The notes: generated by a model from the sequence alone, not told the origin. A stretch of DNA of 64,000 nt from a virus (IMGVR_UViG_2706796482_000001:69532-133531), one strand, 5' to 3'; shown: positions 1 to 8,160, numbered from the stretch's first letter. Numbers and translations: made by a program.

Positions 1-2
1 TT

Positions 3-212
3 GAGGGCAAGAGAGTTGACCTCTTGCAGAAGGCTGGTCTTATTGAGGGTCAGCATATGGGTGACGAAGTTATCGAGATGGAAAGAAAGCATGAAATCCT
101 CATCGGTATCCTTCGAGAAGTCACTTCTGAATGCCCTCACTGTAAGGTTGAAGTAGCAAGGCGTCTGAGCCGAGTCACTGACAAGGCAGAAACGATTGTC
201 GTTCCGAATTGA
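3..212 (+). CDS. C-terminal part of a gene running in from the left; probably terminase small subunit
   Basis: Open from window start (..KRVDLLQKAGL..CPHC..); immediately upstream of TerL. Confidence 0.45.
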   Translation, partial: EGKRVDLLQKAGLIEGQHMGDEVIEMERKHEILIGILREVTSECPHCKVEVARRLSRVTDKAETIVVPN

Positions 213-258
213 TTAAATCCCTTCATGATATACTTTATATCAATGAAGGGATTTAGTT

Positions 259-2079
259 TTGTCTAGTGATTTCGCTGAATTCTTCAATGCTCTGTCAGAT
301 GACGACTTTGAAGAAATTCCAGTTGATATTGAGGTCTTCGTGCAGAGCGAAGACTATCTAGGTATGCCTCATTTGTCTGAGTATCAGTATCAGCTCATTC
401 GTGCAAGCAGTCAGATTTACAAGCAGAGCACGCTTTACAATCTGTACGATGCCGAAAGAGCAGAAAGACGCTGGCGCGAAACGTGCAATGAGGTAATCGC
501 CTGTTTGGGTAAGGGTAGCGGTAAGGACTTTACTTCCACCATTGCCTGTAGCTACATTGTTTATTTGCTGCTGTGTCTTAGGAACCCGGCAAAGTATTTT
601 GGCAAGCCTGCTGGAGACAGCATTGACATTCTGAACATTGCTATCAACGCTGCTCAGGCCAACAACGTCTTCTTCAAGGGCTTCAAGAGCCGTATCGAAG
701 GCTCCCCATGGTTTGTAGGAAAGTTCACCACGAAGGCTGGCCACATCGCTTTCGACAAAAACATCAACGTCTACTCAGGACACTCAGAGCGTGAAGCCTG
801 GGAGGGCTATAACCTCATTTACTGTGTACTTGACGAGATTTCCGGTTTTGCGCTAGACTCTACCTCTGGTAACGAGCAGGCGAAGACCGCTGATGCTGTC
901 TATAAGATGTATCGTGCATCTGTTGACTCTCGATTCCCGGCAGAAGGAAAGGTAGTTCTTCTATCATTCCCTCGCTTCAAGAACGACTTTATCTCTCAGA
1001 GATATGACGCGGTGGTTGCAGAGAAGGAAGTCATTGAACGTAGTCATACATTCAAGCTAGACCCTGAACTGCCAGATGAGATTGAAGAGAATAAGTTTTC
1101 AATCAAGTGGGAGGAAGACCATATTCTTTCCTACCACGTTCCTCGCGTCTATGCATTGAAGCGCCCTACTTGGGAAGTCAATCCAACCAGAGAGATTACA
1201 GACTTCACGACTGCATTCTTCACTGACCCAATCGATGCGCTTTCTCGATTCGCTTGTATGCCACCTGATGCAATTGACGCCTTCTTCAAAGACAAGGAGA
1301 AGGTTGAAGCTTCATTCGTCAGGCCAAACGGAGTGGACGAAGATGGCTCTTACCGTGCAGACTTTACACCAAAGGAAGGTGTGCGCTACTATATCCATGT
1401 AGACCTTGCGCAGAAGCACGACCACTGTGCTGTAGCACTTGCGCATGTAGAAAAGTTTGTACAGAAAAAGATTGGTGGTCAGCTTAATGAGGTGCTTCCT
1501 TATGTAGTCGTTGATGCAGTCCGATGGTGGACACCAAAGCCCGGCAAGGATGTTGACTTTGCCGACGTAAGAGACTATATTACAGGATTGAAGCGCAGAG
1601 GTTTCGACCTCCGCCTCGTAACCTTTGACCGCTGGAACTCTAATGACCAGATGAAGTATCTGCGAGGAGTCGGTATCAATTCCGAGGTTCTTTCAGTGGC
1701 AAAGAAGCATTATGAAGACTTGAGTTGGGTTGTCTATGACCAGAGATTGATGGGTCCAGACGTACCACTTCTTAAGAGAGAACTGCTATCATTGCGTATC
1801 ATGCCAAACGACAAAATTGACCACCCAAGAACGGGGTCAAAGGACTTGGCAGATGCTACGTGTGGTGCAGTTCACAACGCAATCACATACACACCACGAG
1901 ACGAGTTTGCCAGTATTGAGGTGCAGACTTACGATTCTATCCGAAGGGCAGAGATTGAGGCCCGGAAGGAAGAACTTGACACAGCTCGTGAACGTGCTAA
2001 TGTTATTGAAGCACCACGTGAGAAGCGAGCGATGCCAGATGAGCTAGCAGACTATCTCACAAAACTTGAAGTAATCTGA
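259..2079 (+). CDS. terL: Terminase large subunit
   Basis: Walker A GKGSGKD, Walker B CVLDE, C-terminal RNase H-like nuclease (HVDLA...FDRWNS...KIDHP..GSKDLADA). Confidence 0.93.
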   Translation: MSSDFAEFFNALSDDDFEEIPVDIEVFVQSEDYLGMPHLSEYQYQLIRASSQIYKQSTLYNLYDAERAERRWRETCNEVIACLGKGSGKDFTSTIACSYIVYLLLCLRNPAKYFGKPAGDSIDILNIAINAAQANNVFFKGFKSRIEGSPWFVGKFTTKAGHIAFDKNINVYSGHSEREAWEGYNLIYCVLDEISGFALDSTSGNEQAKTADAVYKMYRASVDSRFPAEGKVVLLSFPRFKNDFISQRYDAVVAEKEVIERSHTFKLDPELPDEIEENKFSIKWEEDHILSYHVPRVYALKRPTWEVNPTREITDFTTAFFTDPIDALSRFACMPPDAIDAFFKDKEKVEASFVRPNGVDEDGSYRADFTPKEGVRYYIHVDLAQKHDHCAVALAHVEKFVQKKIGGQLNEVLPYVVVDAVRWWTPKPGKDVDFADVRDYITGLKRRGFDLRLVTFDRWNSNDQMKYLRGVGINSEVLSVAKKHYEDLSWVVYDQRLMGPDVPLLKRELLSLRIMPNDKIDHPRTGSKDLADATCGAVHNAITYTPRDEFASIEVQTYDSIRRAEIEARKEELDTARERANVIEAPREKRAMPDELADYLTKLEVI

Positions 2080-2087
2080 CAGAAAGG

Positions 2088-2630
2088 GTGTATGCCATGC
2101 CCGGTTTAAGGAAGCCAAAGAACATCTCTCGCAAGGAAATCAACGATTTGCTGGCGGAACGAGATGGCTTCATTTGTCAGTACCCAGGCTGTGACCTTCC
2201 GTTCACGAAGGATAACGGACCTACCATCGACCACTGGATTCCATTGAGCGGTGGAGGTACATGGGACCTTGACAACTTGAAGTTGATGCACAAGAAGTGC
2301 AACTCTGCCAAGGGAGACAAGCTACCGCTTGACGATGGCACGTTGCCTGCTATAGTAAGGAAAGAGAGGGTCAGCCGAGCTGTAAAGCGAAGCGAACGTC
2401 CCGAAGTCTGTGAGCGTTGTCAGTCTGGTAGGCTGCTCGGTCCAGATGAGGAATGTGACCGATGTGGTAGCGGTCCTATGCCGCCACATTATCCTCAATG
2501 GTCCAAGGTCAAGCCAAACGAATGTACACACGAAGGCATCTGGTGGTGCTGGGCTTGTATGAGCGGTGTGGTTGACAGGGTGCCAGCCAGTAAGATAGTG
2601 TTTGATGGAGGAGAGCCGGGGATAGACTAA
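2088..2630 (+). CDS. HNH endonuclease with Zn-ribbon C-terminus
   Basis: ERDGFICQYPGC..TIDHWIPLSGGG...NL...HKKCNSAKG; next to terminase. Confidence 0.88.
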   Translation: MYAMPGLRKPKNISRKEINDLLAERDGFICQYPGCDLPFTKDNGPTIDHWIPLSGGGTWDLDNLKLMHKKCNSAKGDKLPLDDGTLPAIVRKERVSRAVKRSERPEVCERCQSGRLLGPDEECDRCGSGPMPPHYPQWSKVKPNECTHEGIWWCWACMSGVVDRVPASKIVFDGGEPGID

Positions 2631-2657
2631 TTCCCGGCACCTCTAAAAAGGAGAGTA

Positions 2658-3260
2658 ATGACTGACGTAGATATTGTACTGATTGTTGACCGTTCTGGTT
2701 CCATGGCACGAATTCAGATGGAGGCAGAAGGAGCTATCAATCAGTTCCTCAAGGACCAGAAGGAAATTGAGGGAGAGGCATTCGTTACTTTCGTGCAGTT
2801 CGACAACAAGTATGAGCAGAAGTTTGAGAAGGTTAGCCTAGCTAACGCTCCTCGCGTGGAGATTGAACCACGTGGCATGACTGCTCTGCTTGACGCAATC
2901 GGACGAACCGTAGTAGGATATGTACCACGAACTGAAAAGACAATCTACGTCATCATGACTGATGGCCTGGAGAATGCTTCTCAGGAGTGGACGAACGAGG
3001 CGGTCAAGAATCTGATTGCTGAGGAGAAGCAGCACGGAAGTGAGTTTGTGTATCTTGGTGCAAATCAGGATGCAATCGAGGTCGGTGCCAAGATGGGAAT
3101 CCCCATGGGAAGCAGCCTGACCTTTGCAGCAGACAAGAAGGGGCTTGACAACATGTCCCGCAGCATGACAAGCTATGTAACAGCGACTCGCTCTGGACTC
3201 GCATACGAGTTCACTGATGAGGACCGCAAGAACGCTACAGGCTTGACAGACAGCGAGTGA
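2658..3260 (+). CDS. von Willebrand factor A (vWA) domain protein
   Basis: MIDAS DRSGSM, T..LDA, MTDGLEN. Confidence 0.88.
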   Translation: MTDVDIVLIVDRSGSMARIQMEAEGAINQFLKDQKEIEGEAFVTFVQFDNKYEQKFEKVSLANAPRVEIEPRGMTALLDAIGRTVVGYVPRTEKTIYVIMTDGLENASQEWTNEAVKNLIAEEKQHGSEFVYLGANQDAIEVGAKMGIPMGSSLTFAADKKGLDNMSRSMTSYVTATRSGLAYEFTDEDRKNATGLTDSE

Positions 3261-3271
3261 GCTGCTAAAGT
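3243..3271 (+). promoter_or_regulatory. Sigma70/HrdB-type promoter driving the Y-RNA/tRNA cluster
   Basis: TTGACA-17 nt-TAAAGT; predicted start about 3277-3278. Similar TTGACA-N17/18-TANNNT promoters recur at about 4717, 7851, 11522, 11874, 15235, 17070, 18255, 21053, 21836, 23705, 24598, 26795, 31350, 33965, 34961, 35279, 35785 and 42544. Confidence 0.8.
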
Positions 3272-3277
3272 ATTAAA

Positions 3278-3361
3278 TGTGGGTCGAAGAGTTCAGTCGG
3301 TTATCTAATTAATGGAATCAGAAGCTCGTAAAGGGCACCCGACACTCACACCATATCCACA
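3278..3361 (+). ncRNA. Y RNA-like gene 1 (minimal module)
   Basis: 5' TGTGGGTCGAAGAGT..GTCGGTTATC pairs with 3' CCGAC-ACTC-ACACCATATCCACA; GNCGAAG motif; starts at the promoter TSS. Confidence 0.7.
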
Positions 3362-3365
3362 CTCT

Positions 3366-3436
3366 GCATCGGTAGTTTAATGGTAGAACGTCTGACTTCC
3401 AATCAGACAGCGCGGGTTCGATTCCCGCTCGGTGCT
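3366..3436 (+). tRNA. tRNA-Gly(TCC)
   Basis: Cloverleaf, loop CTTCCAA, T-loop TTCGATT. Confidence 0.93.
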
Positions 3437-3566
3437 CCGAAGACCTGGATTCGCCTCTGCTGACTTTTGTCAGTATGCTACCAGCGAAATGTAGTCCGGA
3501 CTATGTTTCGGCCTCTGACCCGGAGGCGTTAAGCGAGTGGCAGACTCTAACTGTCAGGGTGCTCAT

Positions 3567-3638
3567 TCCCCTTTGGTGTAACCGGCAACACAACAGACTC
3601 TGAATCTGTAATTCCTAGTTCGAATCTAGGTTGGGGAG
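3567..3638 (+). tRNA. tRNA-Gln(CTG)
   Basis: Cloverleaf, loop CTCTGAA; two U-U mismatches in acceptor stem. Confidence 0.88.
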
Positions 3639-3845
3639 CTGGTCCGACTTCGTGATATCGGTGACAATAACTGATTCGGAACGCATAATAACCATGGTAA
3701 AAGTGCGGAAAGAGGATGTAACGATAATCGGAAGCGATGGGTAAAACCTCCTCGGACCGACAATTTAAGACCTGGCTCCAACCCATAGGGATGTGGGAAC
3801 GGAGAGATTGATATGGCTGCGAAGTCCCTCCAGCGCGATATCCAT

Positions 3846-3916
3846 ATGTCCTTCGTATAATGGTAGTACAAGAGATTCCAAACCTCTTAGCGTGGGTTCG
3901 ATTCCTACAGGACATG
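3846..3916 (+). tRNA. tRNA-Trp(CCA)
   Basis: Cloverleaf, loop TTCCAAA. Confidence 0.9.
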
Positions 3917-3917
3917 C

Positions 3918-4066
3918 TTTGACGAAGCCCGCCTTAGCAGGCATGAACGATGGTGGTCAGCATAAACCATTTAGTAAGCCCAAGGGCAGTATCAAAAGGC
4001 AAAGGCCATGCTGAGGTCTGCTGAGTAGAGAAGTAGGGGTTAAGGTCCCAAAGAGCGTCAAAACCA
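3918..4066 (+). ncRNA. Unknown structured RNA with 7-bp terminal helix and ACCA end
   Basis: TTTGACG/CGTCAAA+ACCA; inner stems CTTAGCAGG/TCTGCTGAG, GCATG/CATGC, ATGGT/ACCAT. Confidence 0.55.
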
Positions 4067-4122
4067 TTTAACAATCGCCCGGTATCGAATAGGTACCGGG
4101 CACAATCATTGCTGGAGGAAGA

Positions 4123-4554
4123 ATGGGATATTACTGTGACTGGGATGTAGACGTAAGAGGTTCTGGCCCAATCTACAATAAGCTCATGGCACAAAAGGAT
4201 GAGGAGTACGTTAGCGAAAGTTACGAAATCACCCTTGGACGCTGGCTTGAATGTGAGCAGAATCTCAAGTGGTACGAAGTTGAGGAAGAGGGAAAGGCAT
4301 TCTCTCGCAAGTGGCCGAACGTCATGCTCATCGTTACCTATCTTGGTGAAGATGGAGCACAGGGTCGGCACTGGTTCCGAAATGGACACACTTATCATGT
4401 AAAGGCTCAGGTTGCATATCCAGAACCCGACTTTGACAAGGTAATGCCACTGAACATGCAGCTTGAGCTGGAAAGCATTGAAACGCGCAAGCGCGAGGTG
4501 CTTGAAAAGATGAAGGAGCTACAGGCAGAGCTTGACGAGTACCAGGAGGACTGA
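4123..4554 (+). CDS. Hypothetical phage protein
   Basis: GGAGG RBS, 143 aa ORF. Confidence 0.7.
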   Translation: MGYYCDWDVDVRGSGPIYNKLMAQKDEEYVSESYEITLGRWLECEQNLKWYEVEEEGKAFSRKWPNVMLIVTYLGEDGAQGRHWFRNGHTYHVKAQVAYPEPDFDKVMPLNMQLELESIETRKREVLEKMKELQAELDEYQED

Positions 4555-4773
4555 TATCGTGGCTCTTACAGGACGCAACGGACAATGCTGGTTTCAGAAG
4601 TGCACTCGCAAGGCAACGACGACAATCAGATATCACAACAAGTCTGTTGTTGTTTGTGATGGGCACAAGAATCTGGATGGTGTAGGCTGTCCTTCTAGCA
4701 GGCGGAGACCAAAGAGTTGACACTACTCAGAGGGTCTGCTAGTATTAAGTACAACGGCAGGGAAACCTGCTAT

Positions 4774-4845
4774 CAGGCACGGGGAAGATGGTAATCCGTT
4801 GGCTTTGGAAGCCTAAGACACTCGGTTCGATTCCGAGGTGCCTGA
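4774..4845 (+). tRNA. tRNA-Pro(TGG)
   Basis: Cloverleaf, loop TTTGGAA. Confidence 0.87.
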
Positions 4846-4849
4846 CTTC

Positions 4850-4924
4850 CGGGATATAGCTCAGTTTGGTCAGAGCGCTGCATTTGGGATGCAGAAGTCG
4901 CTGGTTCGAATCCAGTTATCCCGA
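4850..4924 (+). tRNA. tRNA-Pro(TGG)
   Basis: Cloverleaf, loop TTTGGGA. Confidence 0.93.
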
Positions 4925-4927
4925 CTA

Positions 4928-5004
4928 GCCCCATAGGATAATGACTAATCCGCCTGTACGTGGAGTACAGGTAATACCGGTTAAATTCCGGACTAGGGGC
5001 TCCA
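4928..5004 (+). ncRNA. Atypical tRNA-like RNA (extended anticodon stem, encoded CCA)
   Basis: GCCCC/GGGGC+TCCA; D arm GGAT/ATCC; CCTGTAC-GTGGA-GTACAGG; T arm CCGG-TTAAATT-CCGG. Confidence 0.65.
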
Positions 5005-5008
5005 AACT

Positions 5009-5161
5009 TTTGGGTCGATTGAGACACGGTTATCTTACACAATGGATACTAGGTTCGATTCCTAGGGGTGCCGTAAAAAGCGCTCTGTAAAGTCATCTCA
5101 GATGTGTGTGGTAGGATGACATAAGGTACTACACTCTCTCCGTTCTCGCCACTTACCTAAA
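5009..5161 (+). ncRNA. Y RNA-like gene 2 (T-arm plus pseudoknot module)
   Basis: TTTGGGTCGATTGAGACACGGTTATC ... CCGT-TCTC-GCCACTT-ACCTAAA; internal CTAGG-TTCGATT-CCTAG. Confidence 0.6.
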
Positions 5162-5170
5162 GGATTTATC

Positions 5171-5692
5171 ATGACGGTACTTCTACGAACAATTCACGGA
5201 AGCCATCTATATGGCCTTGCGCACGCCGGTTCGGATAAAGATATCTACGAAGTAGTATCTACCAAAAGAACTAAGAGAAAGCGCAACATTAAGCAAACCA
5301 TTGTAAATGGAGTTGACAAGACTACAGTAGACCTGTCAACATTCATGCACATGGTTGATGAATGTGTACCTCAAGCACTTGAAGCGCTATGGACGCCGGT
5401 ACCAGATGTGGATGAAATCCACCAGTTCCGGACACAGTATAGAGTGAATCGCGCCAAGATGAAGGATGTATATATTCGAACCGCTCTGAACTTCGCCAAG
5501 AATGATGATGTAAAGCGTAAGCGACATGCACTTCGCTTGCTGCTGAATCTAGGCGCAGCTTTGGAATACGGTAAATTCAATCCCCGCCTCTCAACCATGG
5601 ATAAGTTTATCATTAACTCCACTATGGGAGAGACGGGAGCTTACGAAGATGTCTTTGTTGGCATCATCGATGAAGTTCAAAAGTGGGTCTGA
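5171..5692 (+). CDS. Pol-beta superfamily nucleotidyltransferase (RlaP/Nuc-transf-like)
   Basis: HGSHLYGLAHAGSDKDIY (GS..YG....SDxD) motif. Confidence 0.8.
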   Translation: MTVLLRTIHGSHLYGLAHAGSDKDIYEVVSTKRTKRKRNIKQTIVNGVDKTTVDLSTFMHMVDECVPQALEALWTPVPDVDEIHQFRTQYRVNRAKMKDVYIRTALNFAKNDDVKRKRHALRLLLNLGAALEYGKFNPRLSTMDKFIINSTMGETGAYEDVFVGIIDEVQKWV

Positions 5693-5705
5693 TGGCTCAC
5701 GCCAA

Positions 5706-5782
5706 TGGGGCGTATACCCTCACTCTGATAAAGTGTAGAAAGGTTAATCGGTTACATGTGGGTTCAATTCCCACCGTCCCAA
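5706..5782 (+). ncRNA. Topologically rearranged tRNA-Ile(GAT)-like RNA
   Basis: Acceptor TGGGGCG/CGTCCCA, CACT-CTGATAA-AGTG, T arm GTGGG-TTCAATT-CCCAC; no D arm in the normal position. Confidence 0.65.
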
Positions 5783-5792
5783 CTGGCTCTCA

Positions 5793-7631
5793 TTGGAGAG
5801 CAATCCTAGAAACCCTAAAACAATGGTAGATTTCGACAAGAGACATTCTAAAGAACTTGTGAAACGCCCTGACGCAGACCTGGTTGATACCAGGTCTTTT
5901 CGGTCTTCCGGTCAGGGTGTATTTTCGCATGTCCGGAAGGGTGTCAAAATAACGAGTAAAGCCATTCTGGATTGGGTCTACCTGAATGACTACAAGGAAG
6001 AGATTGCCAAGGCTAAGAATGAGGGCAATCTAGAAAAGGCCCGGAAGTTGAAGATTGAGCAGGAGAAGCGTAGTGAGCCGAGACGTAAGAGATTCTACTC
6101 TGTGCTCGCTGTGCTGATTGCACTAACGGGATGGGCCTACGTTACATGGGCCATTATTCCAATCGCTGTAGTAGGTGTTACCCTCCTTGTAGCCATGTGG
6201 TTCGTAGGTAGCGGCTTCAAGCCTAGCCAGTTCAATTTCAAGAATGGCGATGGGGAAGACGACCCCATGGAACCTTTTCCAATTGCTGACGCTCGAACCA
6301 GAGACGAGGCGATGGAGTGTTTGAGGAGAGCACTTCTTGCTGAGGGAATCACTCCAAGAGTAATCTTGGAACCAACTCGTTACAACTGGGGATGGGAAAT
6401 CCCGGTAGTATTGAGAAAAGGTACTCCTGATGATGTAATGTCTAAGGCTAAGAAGATGGAGACTCTTCTCAGACTACCGGCCGATGGTATGCTAGTCGCA
6501 GCAACAAGGTTCCGTGCCGAAGTTGTTATCAGACTTATGCAGACTGACCCATTTGCCGACATGACAATGGAGCCTAGAGCAGAACCTCTTTCTCGTTCAA
6601 TCAAGAAGAAGTACAAGATTGCACAGAGGATGGATGGCTCTCCGCTTGAAATCAGCTTGCTGAGAAACCACGCAGTTGTTATTGCTGCTCCTGGTGGTGG
6701 TAAGTCAATGTTCATGCGTAAGCTTGCAGACATCACCACTAGCTGTAGAGACTGTGTAACCTGGGACATTGACCCTGGCGGTAATGGACTCGAAGTCTTC
6801 GGAAGGGCCATCGCAAGACGTGGTAGGACCGAAGAGGAAATTGAAGAAATGCTAACGGAGGCTCTGGAGTACACGAAGATTCGTGCAAAGAAGCTGACGA
6901 AGCTAGGAATGGGTGACAATTGGCAGCCAACCAAGGACCATCCTGCCCTTATCATCTTCATTGATGAGTTCATTCAGCTCAACAAAAAGTGCAAGGATTT
7001 GGCAATCCAGATTATTCGCAATGGGCGTAAGTCTGCTATTACTGTCGTACTCGCTGCACAGCAGGCAACGAAGGACACTCTTGGTGCCGCCATTGCAGAT
7101 GCAGTGTCTATTAAGGTAATGTTTGCTTCTCGTCACGCTGACGTACCTCTCGTGTTTGGAGAGGGCATGTTGTCACAGGGCTGGAGACCTGATAAGCTAC
7201 ATCCAGCATCAGGTGAGGATGTGGAAGACGCTGGTAAGTGCTACATTTTGGGCGGTGGCTCAAGAGAGCCTTACCTGTACAAGGTCTTCCCAATCGAGCC
7301 AGATGAGGCAATTGAGATGGGTGACGAGCGTGAAGCAGAGGGTATGCCCGAGCTTGACACAGACACCTACCTAGATGTTACAGTTACAGACACGACGGAC
7401 AAGAGACTGCTTGAGGATGTACTAGACGTGTTTGAGAACTTTGACGAGAATGACTGGCTCCCTGCCAGCATCTTGGTCAAGGAACTCAAGGGCTACGGCC
7501 ACACCTTGACAGCTCGTCAGTTGCATGAGACTCTAGGAGATACCGGCCGAGAGAGCCGTATTTGGGAAGGGTCCAAGTACAAGGTGGCTGGTTACTTCCG
7601 AAAGAACATCGAGAAGCAATTGGAGAAATGA
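5793..7631 (+). CDS. FtsK/SpoIIIE-family (TraB-like) DNA translocase, membrane anchored
   Basis: Two TM helices, Walker A APGGGKS, Walker B IFIDE, GRKSAI..V.AAQ, possible C-terminal wHTH; likely ATG at 5823. Confidence 0.85.
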   Translation: MESNPRNPKTMVDFDKRHSKELVKRPDADLVDTRSFRSSGQGVFSHVRKGVKITSKAILDWVYLNDYKEEIAKAKNEGNLEKARKLKIEQEKRSEPRRKRFYSVLAVLIALTGWAYVTWAIIPIAVVGVTLLVAMWFVGSGFKPSQFNFKNGDGEDDPMEPFPIADARTRDEAMECLRRALLAEGITPRVILEPTRYNWGWEIPVVLRKGTPDDVMSKAKKMETLLRLPADGMLVAATRFRAEVVIRLMQTDPFADMTMEPRAEPLSRSIKKKYKIAQRMDGSPLEISLLRNHAVVIAAPGGGKSMFMRKLADITTSCRDCVTWDIDPGGNGLEVFGRAIARRGRTEEEIEEMLTEALEYTKIRAKKLTKLGMGDNWQPTKDHPALIIFIDEFIQLNKKCKDLAIQIIRNGRKSAITVVLAAQQATKDTLGAAIADAVSIKVMFASRHADVPLVFGEGMLSQGWRPDKLHPASGEDVEDAGKCYILGGGSREPYLYKVFPIEPDEAIEMGDEREAEGMPELDTDTYLDVTVTDTTDKRLLEDVLDVFENFDENDWLPASILVKELKGYGHTLTARQLHETLGDTGRESRIWEGSKYKVAGYFRKNIEKQLEK

Positions 7632-7855
7632 TGGAAGCCGTACTCGTCGGCCCCGTCATCCTATGGGTTCTGATTTCACTATACCTTGTCAAGAAGAAGG
7701 GTAAGCAGTGGCCGGAACTAATGTGGGGTATTGTCGGAGGTCTCATCCTTGCTACCATCTTTACCGGTCTTCCTAAGACCGTGTATAACATGGCTGATAC
7801 AGGATGGAACGGAGTAGTCAGCGTAGCGCAGAGCATCACCAACTCTCAGGGTTGA
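7628..7855 (+). CDS. Small two-TM membrane protein coupled to the translocase gene
   Basis: ATGA overlap, two hydrophobic stretches. Confidence 0.7.
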   Translation: MMEAVLVGPVILWVLISLYLVKKKGKQWPELMWGIVGGLILATIFTGLPKTVYNMADTGWNGVVSVAQSITNSQG

Positions 7856-7912
7856 CAGGTGCTCTGCCTCGCTGTAATATAGACTTAAACCTAGTCCTTC
7901 CGGGCTAGATGA

Positions 7913-7986
7913 GCGCCAGTAGCATAACGGTTCAATGCAGTAGGCTTATATCCTACCGAGAGAAGGTTCAATTCCTTCCTGGCGTA
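7913..7986 (+). tRNA. tRNA-Ile(TAT)
   Basis: Cloverleaf, loop CTTATAT. Confidence 0.88.
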
Positions 7987-7988
7987 CT

Positions 7989-8133
7989 TGTGGGTCGAAG
8001 ATAATTGTTTATCTTCAAATCAGCTTGTTGGGGGTTCGAATCCTCCCTGGGGACTTCATTGTCCTCGGTAGCTCAATGGCAGAGCGGCTGACATTGCCCA
8101 AATGGGCTAGACGATTGTCACACCATATCCACA
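7989..8133 (+). ncRNA. yrlA: Y RNA, YrlA type (circularly permuted tRNA-like domain)
   Basis: Putative Ro-binding stem TGTGGGTCGAAGATAATTGTTTA/TAGACGATTGTC-ACACCATATCCACA enclosing T arm (GGGGG-TTCGAAT-CCTCC), closed acceptor stem (CTGGGGAC/GTCCTCGG), then D arm (GCTC-AATGGCA-GAGC). Confidence 0.85.
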
Positions 8134-8160
8134 TTACATAACTACTACTTAAGGACAGTA

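Noticed and set aside
3353-3361. ATATCCACA at Y-RNA 3' ends as DnaA boxes
   Set aside because: One mismatch, and explained by pairing with the 5' TGTGGGT in three of the copies
3638-3647. GCTGGTCCGA, resembling the 5' end of vertebrate Y RNAs
   Set aside because: It pairs perfectly with TCGGACC without the bulged C and partly overlaps the tRNA end; probably coincidence
8013-8025. CTTCAAA as a selenocysteine/opal-suppressor anticodon loop
   Set aside because: It lies in a permuted RNA with a closed acceptor stem that cannot be charged
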